Positions 1-9,739 of a DNA stretch of 11,988 nt are shown one piece after another; the first letter of the stretch is position 1; each line of letters opens with the position of its first letter. Position numbers and translations under genes: made by a program. This DNA comes from Geosiphon pyriformis uo1 (Eukaryota; Fungi; Glomeromycota), in NCBI GenBank assembly GCA_016748015.1, contig JAAOMT010000488.1, forward strand, positions 1 to 11,988, given 5' to 3'. The notes under the pieces are model-generated. The model was not told where the DNA came from. It did not search any database and was given only the letters and a program-made list of their open reading frames with translations.

Positions 1-109
1 TCTTACCTCTTGGAAAATTGGTTGGAATTGGACGATTAGGCCGATCCATATTATAGCAGGAGTTTGTGCGCCTACTCTAACCGATTTTATGAGATGGGGG
101 TGCCTTTTT

Positions 110-245
110 TTTCAAGTCATGACCCTTTTTTGGAGCTGTCATATATTTTTCGGATTATTGATTTTCTTAGCAGAATGGACGCCGTTATTCCAGAAGTGTT
201 AAATTGTTTCCCATTGTGTTTTAGATTTGATTTTGTCATTTTTGC
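110..245 (-). mobile_element. Possible decayed Tc1/mariner-like transposase N-terminal (HTH) fragment
   Basis: The minus strand reads KSKTQWETI*HFWNNGVHSAKKI and, in another frame, IYDSSKK. This resembles from memory the N-terminus of Glomeromycota Tc1-like transposases (TIxHxWNxGxxSAKxI...IYDNxKK). It has stops and a frameshift, and no DDE domain or paired TIRs are seen. Confidence 0.3.
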
Positions 246-820
246 CCGTGTTATTTATCGAAAATAAAAAAAGGTCGATTAAAAGATGCTAATAAGTAAT
301 GCTAGTATTTAAACGAAAAAAATTCCTCTTACAGCTTTTTTCTTGAATCCAAAAAAATTTTTATCATTTTAATTAACCTGATAAATTGTAATGAATTAAT
401 ATTTTTTATGTAACTTATCAGTGAGCTATCGACATTTCCCACATAATGGTTCGTTTAAATATTTTGACCAATTACATAAAGTAACTCAATCAATTCTCAT
501 CCACCTAAACTAATATGTTGGCAAAACATAAAACATTCTGACATAAAATTATAGCAATATCACTTTAAATGTATTCAAAAATTTATTGCAAATTAAAATA
601 CCAATTTTGTTTCTTTTAGGTTGTACAGAAACCAAATCAAAAAATTAGGATCTGATGAATTTAGAATAATTCATAAATCACAAATGTCATCAAATTGAAA
701 ATATAGCGTTCAAATCACAAATGAGCGTAAATGATGATCAGCATTCAATTAAGCTTTACTGATCTGATAAATTACCGATTATTCTTTCAAGTTTCGCCCG
801 TCAGCTTCATTATTTCAAAA

Positions 821-2006
821 ATGGCAAAAATAGCTACAGAAAACGTTGCGATTTATTCGATTCAAAAATATCTGGAGAGTAACCATAAACTTTATTCATG
901 TCTTTTCGTGAATCGACAATGGTGCTCAATTGCCATGCAATTAATTTGGGCGGATCCATTTATCAAAAACTCCCAAAAACGAAAAGCCGATCATCCCGTG
1001 AAAATTTTTTTCAAATGTCTTGATGACGAATCAAAGTTAATTCTATCCCAGAACGGATTAAGAACTAATGAGATCCAAACAAAGCCTTTGTTCCAGTACG
1101 CGGGTTTCCTAAAAGTAATTGATTTCGATATTCTCATCAAAATGGCTCTACATTTTTGTGGCTATCCGACCATTTCTGGCTTGAGATATGATCGAGTCAA
1201 AGAAAAACTTGAGCCGGTCCTTCAAGTTCTATTAATGCTTTTCAGCAAACAATCTCACAATCTAAAATACGCTAAAATCTGCCATGTCGGAATGTTGAAT
1301 ATAGTGGACTTTGCTCATTTATTTGACAGCTCTCACGGAAAAGCATTGCTTGATCGAATAACTCATGTAAAGCGTCTAGTTATTAGACCATCGAGACGTG
1401 AAAGCTGTTTGAGATTTGCCGAGAGAATGAAGCACCTTGTATGTTTATCAAATTAATTCCTGGAAGCCTTTCTCTTAAAGCAAATAGAAGTTTATTTCGC
1501 TTACTTTTTATTATCTCCATTAAAAGGAAACTCTCACGATAACGTTCCTGTATAAGGTTGTAAAAGACTTCCCTCAAATTCGGAGGGAATTGATCAAAAA
1601 TACAGCCGAGTATCTTTTGAACTTACGAAACCTCAAATCATTTGAATTAATCGGCCAGTATTCGTTTGAAGATTATTCAACAATTATTGAAGCTTTAGGG
1701 ACGCATCGCCAAACACTATGTAACGTGGAATTTCGGAACCTTAATTTTAAATGGACTGCACCTTTGTTGCCATTAGCTGGTTGCGAACAATTACAGCAGC
1801 TTGCTTTCCACAATTGCTCGCGAGTTGATGATCAATTATGTGAGCCTTTGTTTACAGCAAAATTACCTCATCTCACCTCAGTAAAAGTGCTTCACGGTCC
1901 AAGTGAAAGATTTCGTATCTATACGGAGCATTATTTTGCCCAAAAACATCGCCGACTCATCAAATGGACTAAAAAAATTACAGGAATTGCTTTTAATTGT
2001 GAGTAA
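821..2006 (+). CDS. F-box-like / leucine-rich-repeat (RNI-like) protein, 365 aa; exons 821-1438 and 1527-2006
   Basis: ATG at 821 in AAAAATGG context. The N-terminal motif IQKYL..KLYSCLFVNRQWCSIAMQLIWADPF and the KPLFQYAGFLKVIDF motif are typical of the expanded Glomeromycota F-box-like family. A phase-0 88-nt intron (GTATGT at 1439 to TAAAAG at 1526) joins ORFs 731-1456 and 1590-2006 in frame as MKHL|ETLTI. LxxLxL repeats follow (LRNLKSFEL, EQLQQLAF, PHLTSVKV). Stop TAA at 2004-2006. Confidence 0.85.
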
Positions 2007-2604
2007 CGAGCTGAGGAAAAAAATCATATTTTTTCATATATATTAATCCCTAATAACTAAATCTCTTCCCAAAATTAGCTCGCTATTCGTGGACATATTA
2101 AAACGCTTTTGGCCTATAAAAAAACTTGAATATCTGTCACATGATTTCAAAATTCAATTAGATTCTTCTAGTAAACTTTCTCAAATCCTTAGGTTCTAAA
2201 TTTGTGAGGGATGGCTCCAAATCTGAAAAACGATCATTTGTAAAAAAAAACCCAAAGACAATGTGCGGAATGCAAAAGTAAATAAGAAATTTGCATTTTT
2301 CAGTTTCAATTTCAAAGAATTGATAAAATTGATAAAAAAATTTTGCTTCTATACGAGGTAAATATTTTCGAAACATTTCGTAACAAAGCTTTTATATTAG
2401 GCTAATCACATAATATTTTAAGAAGTGAGAAACATTTCAAAAATGAATTTTCTTAGAAAGCATTTTTTTTTGAAACAAAAATATTATTAGGAATATTTGG
2501 AGTAAACACCTCGTCAAAATATAGTTTAAAAGTTTTTTTTGGTTTAAAATTGTATAAGATATTTTCGCTTCTTTACAGTTTCTAAAGTTCTTTAAACTTT
2601 ACAT

Positions 2605-4170
2605 TTAAATTGTAACCAAAGGATAATGATATTCACAATCTCCAAATGTTACTCCAAAATAAGGGCCGAAATGGGCTCTTGTTCCTTTACCATCAGTGCC
2701 CAAATTACATTCCTAGAAGGAAGATTGATAAATGAAACTATTTTATATTTACTTGTCACAATAAATAAATTAGCTTTCTCTATAAAAGCTTTTATAATAA
2801 AAACCAAACATACCAGATTTTCGCCATATTTTTTTTTATCCTGTGGTGAAAATTCCGGACATTCATAAACAATATCATAATCTTCAAGAATTCTATCAGC
2901 ATCAGAATCTTCGCAATGACAATCCTTATCTGGAATCCAATACTCAGTGCCAGGGTGCATATATAGTTTACCATCGGTTGATTTTTTTGGAAAATGGGGG
3001 AAATAGTCATTACTATGTGTGATCCTGTAGACCCTGAGATTACCATCAGGATTTTGCTGGAAATCAGCTGCAAGCTGAGAATCTCCCGGACGTGGCGAAC
3101 CAAAAGTTATAACAGTAATATCAATATTGTCATTATATTTTAGATGAACCCTCACTAACAAGCCGTATATTTGGGCAAAAACTAATGATATAATTAAAAT
3201 ATATAGTTAGGACCCCGGCCGTTAAATAAATTTCAAACTTTTGTATTAACATACATGAATTAAAATGTTAATAATTCCTTACATCCACCAATGCCATGTC
3301 CACTAAGGACAATATGAATTGGAATATTCGCTTCTCTTCCATTTTTTAATGTTCTTATAGAGGCTTGTATTCCGCCGTCAAATAATCTGAAACAATCATC
3401 TGGCCATGATCTCCACCAATATGAATCAAGTCTGAATGCATTTTTATTTCGTATATCAGATAATAAGTGTACTAGTGTAAACTTGGTCTTTTCCATTTGG
3501 CTTTTAATCATTTCTGACCCTAATTATTAAGAGAACAGAAATTTTTTAAAACTAAAGACGAAAAAATACTTAACGAGTGTAAAAAATAAAATGGTCTGAA
3601 TATATTTAGTTAAAATGCTCGCAACTATTTTAAAAACTTTCCTCTAAAAATTCCGGTAATTCGTCGCAAATTGGGGTTCATGAAAACCCTAGCTAATCAA
3701 ATTATTTATATGTGAAATTAATAACCGATTTGTCTCTAATATGCAAGAAAATTCCGAAGCTAAATATTTCACTTGAAAATCATCATACCGATAAAGCCTC
3801 TACCAATTATATCAGTATTCTCTCTAGTACAATAGAGCGTGTTTGTCATATATGCGATTTCTTTGAAAAGCTGAAGAATCCTGTACTCTTTTACCAGCCT
3901 TTTAGGTAATGACACTTTTTTTTTCTTCTCGAATCCACCTCCTCTACTTGTCAAGAGTAGCTCTTGTTGATTATCAGGTTGAAAGATCTTTTCTCGGCGC
4001 TTAAAGTTTGGTTTCATTTGGAAAAACTTTTCATAATATTTTGTTGTATTTGTCTTTTTTGACAATGGAGCAAGTATTTCAGCTAATAAGTTTTCTCTTT
4101 GATCTTGGAAAAATGAAAAGCAAATGATTAGAAGAGAAAAGAAAAGAAATACTGATATATTTTGTAGCAT
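2605..4170 (-). CDS. Class 3 lipase-fold (alpha/beta hydrolase) protein lacking the catalytic Ser, 381 aa, probably secreted or membrane-anchored; exons 4170-3789, 3692-3642, 3519-3283, 3181-2814, 2712-2605
   Basis: The spliced exons total 1146 nt with no internal stop. Motifs occur in lipase-3 order: hydrophobic leader ISVFLFFSLLIICFSFF; IAYMTNTLYC; ITGIFRGS; IVLSGHGIGG; VITFGSPRPGD; VYRITHSNDYFPHFP; HPGTEYWI; ENLEC; AHFGPYFG. Introns are 96, 122, 101 and 101 nt. Three have canonical GT donors (GTATGA, GTAAGG, GTATGT); intron 2 starts GAAAGT. Confidence 0.85.
3520..3641 (-). other. Predicted non-canonical GA-AG intron (intron 2 of the lipase-like gene)
   Basis: Joining AGA G|gaaagt...aataattag|GG TCA restores the conserved FRGS motif in phase 1. 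Read-through hits TAG at 3522-3520. The only phase-compatible GT I found would leave an intron of about 32 nt. Confidence 0.55.
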
Positions 4171-4319
4171 AATTTTTTTCAAAAAAACCAATTTTTGTTA
4201 AAGAAGAATTTGAAAAACCTCAACCATTTCAACATTTCAATAAAACCCGTAACGAAAATCCGAATTTTAGATAACACAAAAACAGCATTAAATATTTGAA
4301 TCTTAGATCAAAACAATAA

Positions 4320-5900
4320 AATTTTTCATATGCTGTTAAAATGGATGGAAAAAGATTTATACCAAGTAGTGGAGTAAGTTTTATATTGAAAATTTGTTAG
4401 ATAAGAGTAATCAAAATTTTCAAGATTAATGTCTAAAACTTTGTAGTTACACAATAATATAACAATAACTAATTTTAATCATGTATTTTCTTGATATAAT
4501 AGGAGGATTTTAGGATATCGCTCAAATTCTTAAAAGTCTCGAATCTAAAAGCCTCAACATTTCATACTAATTTCAGATTGAATAAAATAGACTAAAACAT
4601 TTTCTAAATTTTCTGAGCATTAATCAGATTAAATTTTTATATATTTAGAAGTTTTCATAGCATGTTTTAACTATTTAGCCTTATGAAGACTCTACCTTAA
4701 GAATTGCAAAGTATTTCTAAAACAAAGTAACTATAATTATAGATAAAATTTTATGCAGTAAGAAAATGTATAAAATCGCTTATTAGATATATTAGATAAA
4801 ATAAATAAATAACTAAATAAATTTATTTCGAAGATATTTAGTTATTCTCAAATCTTTTATAGAGAATTACATCTTTATATGTCTATTCATATTATCCTAG
4901 TTATTAGTTCATCTTCTTTGATTTTTTGATATAAATTAAGCGGCGATATTAAAAATCTTTTGCTGTATTAAACTTAATAAGGAATAACTATTAAGATGGA
5001 TAATGACTATATTTAAAATAGTCTTAAGCATGGATATATAAATGATATTTTGAAATAAGGTGTTCCGGATAGTTAATAGAGTTATTCTAAAGACTAAAAG
5101 TTTTTATTTATAAAACAATGTAGAAATTAAACCTAATTTGAGTTGAACCGATTATTTGGGTGGTGGTAGTTAATACATGGGCTTCAAGTTCTTTTGCTTT
5201 TTATAAGGATATTTAGGATCTTTTTACATTTTTTCAAGGCCTAGAACTACATTTATCTGAGCAAAGAATTGCTTTCATTTCCGGGATAACAATTTTAAAT
5301 GCGTCAACAGGTTGAAAAAAAACATTTTAAGATGAGAGTGATCCAAAATTTACGAATATTATTGAAGTATCAAATCCTAAATATTTCAAATATTTTAAAT
5401 TATTTAGTGAACAAAATTTTTGAATCAGAAAAATGAAAAATTGTTTATGGGAAAAGATTTAAATTTGAAATCTAAATGTATATAAAAATTATATGTAGAA
5501 AACTTATTAATATGGCTTTTTCTGATCTTAAATTTCTTGCCAATAATATTCTAAAAATTATTGAAAAACTATTGTCTAAATACAGAAATTTCGAAATGCT
5601 CTTAATGTATCAAAGATAATTTAGCAGTTGCTTACAAGATTTTGATTGTGCTCAAATATAGTCATAAGAAAATCCTCTTATATATAGTAATAAATATATA
5701 TTCTTTTCTTATCTGTGATAAAAGTGTCTAGATTGTAAATGGAACTCTAATTCTTTGGGAATTTTATCCTAGGTTCAAGATATGGATTCGGATGAAAATG
5801 AAAAATAGAGCACCAAGTTAAAGAATACTAGATGGTATAATAAGTGGATAATTTTTGGCTAAAAGTACTTTGACAAAATTCTGTAATTTTGAAAATATTT
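4320..5900 (+). pseudogene. Heavily decayed coding-like sequence of uncertain identity (weak resemblance to Glomeromycota Crinkler-like families)
   Basis: An intron-like segment (GTAAGT at 4374 to TAG at 4502) joins VKMDGKRFIPSSG|EDFRISLKFL. Downstream there are protein-like stretches broken by TAG/TAA (e.g. WVVVVNTWASSSFAFYKDI*DLFTFFQGLELHLSEQRIAFISG). Boundaries are approximate and identity is not established. Confidence 0.25.
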
Positions 5901-6686
5901 CTTGAGAAATAAGATTGATCTTTTGGTTTTAATAAGCTTCCAAAAATTCATAAATAACAAATTTTAAAAAAAACTCTCCTAAATATCATCAAATTACTTA
6001 CTTGGATTAAGAAGCATTTTGGGAATTCTCAATAATTAAGTTTTATCAATCAAACAATTCAAATAAAATTTGATATGAAGTCTCTTATCCAAATTAATTT
6101 ATATTAACAAATTGAAAATGGCCAAATTCAATTCAATATTTTGTAAAAATGAATTGGTATGCTCTTTAGCAAAAACCGAATTGATTTTACCAATGATTTT
6201 TTATTACTTGATATTGTTAAATTTCAAAAAGATATGTTTTATATCCAAGACAAGAAATTTAATAAAAATCAAGAATGCGATTGATCTATTCATGGTGATT
6301 GCCTCTATTATTTCTGAATAAAAATCTCCGTCTTGAAAGTTCCAAGATTAACGGTAAATATTTTGTAAATATTTCAAGGCATGCTTTTATTTTTCTACCT
6401 AACGAAATTCTGCAATGTCCAAGCAACTATGAGGATAAAATAAGTTTCAAGTGGGTCACCATTGAACGATCAATTATAGAAACCTTTATTATCACAAATC
6501 ATTGTAGTTCCTCAGGGAATCATTCATTATCAACATAAAATCCCCTGCTGATAATCATCAATCATATGGGTTTTTGTTATTCTTGGGAAGATATAGAATG
6601 TGTTAATAAACGCGTGGCTATCGTTTATAATTTTTGATATAAAATTATCCAAACTATAGTTGCCTAAGGGTTATAATTATTTTATA

Positions 6687-8337
6687 ATGAGAAGAAAAGC
6701 TGCGATTCTTCCAAGCGAAATCCCAGAAACAAGCCAATTTGATCATCGCGTGCAATATAAGTCACAAAAACGACAAAGACAATTATTTCAACATCATATT
6801 TTTGTTTTCTTTTTTATACTATTTATGGCGGTTTTTTTTTAAAATTACTGAAATAAGTGTGGAAGCAAGGAAAATAAAATTACAAAGCAAAAGCCAAGAG
6901 ATGAACGTGACCTATAGAGGAAAAAGTGATTTCTTGAAGGATTCCAAATTCAATAGTTTTGAGGATAGAATTATGGATGAGATTATTTCAGTATCGGGCA
7001 GAAAATTTGAATACAAAACGAAGATAAAAAAATCTCTGATCGATCATCGAAAATTGCAAATAATGAAGGATCAGGCTGTAATGATTTTTGTGAACTGTCA
7101 AAAATAACGAACGAAATTCAACCACTTCTTACGATTGACAATTTATCCGACTTGCCAGAAAAGGATCAGAAAAACTTTATTGATCAAGAGGTCGAGCAGA
7201 TAAATTCGGAAGAATTTGAATTTTATCCTAAAAGTAATAAAAACTTAACGGGAAATAATCAAATAGAAGAAAACTTTATCAACTTGCAATCAACCCTAGA
7301 AATTGGGGATGTATTAGATTCATTACTCTTAAATCCTATCTTAGAAGATGATACAGATTTTAGAAAATATATTTTGAAAAAGGTAGCGCCCAAATAAAGG
7401 AATCTGAATTAGTCAATTCACAAGACAAACATTCTGAACAACAACTAGGGAAAAAAACTATATTAATCAAAGCCGATAAAAGTTCTCTAGAAGCAATCGA
7501 TCTTCAAGATAGAAAAATTTTGGGGGAATTGGGAAAACCCATTTTGGACAAAGGTGGCTCGCTATGCAAATGATGTTTACTGTGACCATCGGGAAAAAGT
7601 ATAGATTTCCAAAGATATTCGAGGTATTAATTTAATTAGGAGAAAATAATGACCTTATTTATTTTATTTTGCCAACTGACGTGATTTTTGTAATGCTGAA
7701 TCTAGTTTTGGTAAATGAAGAAAACAGTAAAGTCGCTTGGATCAGTTTCCAAGGCACTCTACCGGCAAAGAACAAGATGGATAAATTTGATTTTAAATTA
7801 ATCGAATGCCCTTATGCCTTAACCCAGGGCTCAAAATGTGACAAAAAATATGTGAAAATATTTCAAAAAGCCGAACCAGCAATTCAAAATTTTCTTAAAT
7901 TAAGAATATCTGTGAAAACAGTAGTTTTAATTGGATTCAATTCAGGGGGTGGTAAACTTAAATCTTGTTATTGTATAGATTCGCACTTGAAAATTAGAAA
8001 TTTAAATCATAAATCATGGTTCTTATCAATTTCTCCTCTCTTTCACAATTTACGCATTTTTTGACAGGCCTTGCTTTAAGGAACAAATATCAAAATCCAC
8101 ATGTTCGAGTAATTACCTTTGGTCAACCACCAAAACAAAATTATCGATGCCTTGCTATTGATGACGTAATGTCCTTTGTAAGTTCGAATATGATTCTTTT
8201 TTTTTATATATTAAAAAATAAATTCCGAATTGAGCTGTTTATCAACAGCTCGTTCCAACTTGAAATCTGATGCACATAGAGGACCATATTTTGGAACATT
8301 GATGGGTGATTGTAATCCAAACAGACATAAAAAATAA
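6687..8337 (+). pseudogene. Class 3 lipase-like pseudogene, paralog of the 2605-4170 gene
   Basis: Colinear motifs: hydrophobic IFVFFFILFMAVFF; KVARYANDVYC (about 7551-7583); AWISFQGT; VVLIGFNSGG (7921-7950); VRVITFGQP; AHRGPYFGTLMGDC (8272-8313); stop at 8335-8337. Donors at 7624, 7952 and 8178 sit at the same positions as introns 1, 3 and 4 of the paralog. Lesions: frameshifts near 6832-6840, about 7085, about 7380, about 7540 and 8057-8062; in-frame TAG at 7602-7604; acceptor CAG apparently changed to CAA at 8046-8048; about 70 codons missing after TFGQP. The start codon is uncertain. Confidence 0.8.
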
Positions 8338-9569
8338 CGAGAATAACCTTGAAGAAAGCTTTGAGATTTGAGTTTATTTCTATAAAAATCTAGAAAAGGA
8401 TCCATAATTTCGTATGATTTGAAATTCAATTGAAATTTTACTTATGAAATCTAATAATTCCTGAGATTAAAAAGAGTCAAGATATATTATTTAATATGAA
8501 AATTAACATTATTTTGCCAATAAAATTATACAATTCTAAGATGTAATCAATTATGTGTAATACATGTAATACCAAACTTAATTGCACCAAAAAAAAACAA
8601 GTTTAATTAATAATCTCAAAAACTAATAAAAAATTCTAAATGCAAATTATGTTAGGATTGCAAAATTTTCAAACAAATAATTACCAATAATGTATAAATT
8701 AATTTATTTTAATTGTCAAATTAATTTATCACATCAAATTTTTTGAAAAGGTTGAATTTTAATTAAATTTCTAAATTTTCTTGGTAATTTTTGTTTTATT
8801 AGCAAAATATTAAAAAACAATTTTTTTCAATATAATTGAAAATTTAAATTTAAATTGAGAAGCTCGAGACAAAAAAACGCTTACATCCACTGGAGCTTTT
8901 GATACAACCATCGCTATCAGATTGAATGACGTCTGGACAGTTTTCGCGTCAGAAAAATTTTTCCAGATAATCTGTTTTTGGTATAAAAGATTTAAAGCAA
9001 GGAAAAAATGGTGGATGATTCATTAAAAAAAGAAACTCAAAATGGTGGTGAATGATTCGTCAAAATTATAATAATGTGTTAACAATTTCGATAATAAGTC
9101 TTGATAAAATGATTAAAAGTAACATAAACTGTAATTAATTTTTATTGAAAACATAATTATTTGTTTTAAGCAATAAATAACATTTTTTAATCGATTCTAA
9201 TTAATATAATGGTTAATGTTCACATGATTATATCTCTTAAATTATAAAACGACTTTGAATTTTAAAAAAATTTCAAAGATTTTATTTATTAATAAAAACT
9301 TTTAATCTAATAATAAACTAAAATAAAATTACATAAATAAAAGAACAATAAAAACTTTTCATAATTACCTTTATTGCTCTCAAGGTTTCAATGACTTTTG
9401 TTGCGAATAAGTCGTTTACAAAAAAAAATTATGAGTATTGTCACATCATAAAGTTTGTACTCGAGATTATTTGAAAAAACAGAATTTTTTAATTTTTTTG
9501 TTTCTTAATTCTTTAATTCTTTAATTTTTTAATTTTTGACAAGTACAATTCTCAGTGATATTCATCTTG

Positions 9570-9692
9570 AAAAAAGTCGGATAGGAACGAAGAGAGAGAG
9601 AGAAAGAAAAGGAAGGGAGGACGAAAAAAAGGAAAGAAAAGACGAAGAAAAAGAAGGAATGAAGGAAGAGAAGCGAAGTGATAAAAGAAGGG
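9570..9692. repeat. Polypurine (GA-rich) low-complexity tract including a short (GA)n run
   Basis: The + strand is almost all A/G (agagagagagaaagaaaaggaagggaggacgaaaaaaaggaaagaaaagacgaagaaaaagaagg). It produces the three overlapping low-complexity ORFs in the track. Confidence 0.7.
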
Positions 9693-9739
9693 ATCCTTAT
9701 TATTTTTCTTTGAGAGAATGTTTGCGTCATTAGCCATTT

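Noticed and set aside
675-723. 12-bp direct repeat AAATCACAAATG upstream of the F-box-like gene
   Set aside because: It could be a regulatory motif, but two AT-rich copies are not enough evidence.
731-820. ORF-track start at 731 for the F-box-like gene
   Set aside because: In this family the F-box-like motif lies at the extreme N-terminus, and ATG 821 has a better context. The extension is not excluded but is unsupported.
1383-3909. Short ORFs 1383-1577, 2158-2376, 2626-2868, 2792-3103 and 3712-3909
   Set aside because: They are antisense or off-frame shadows of the spliced genes, or AT-rich chance ORFs with no motifs.
4500-5900. Alternative genetic code (TAA/TAG as Gln) to explain the stop-riddled frames
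   Set aside because: The intact genes in the window end in TAA and have no internal TAA/TAG. C>T decay explains the pattern.
6112-6538. ORFs 6112-6321 and 6299-6538
   Set aside because: Non-ATG starts, AT-driven composition and no recognisable domain.
8232-8251. Hairpin GAGCTGTT-TATC-AACAGCTC
   Set aside because: It is a single 8-bp stem inside a decayed exon, compatible with chance, and not a terminator in this context.
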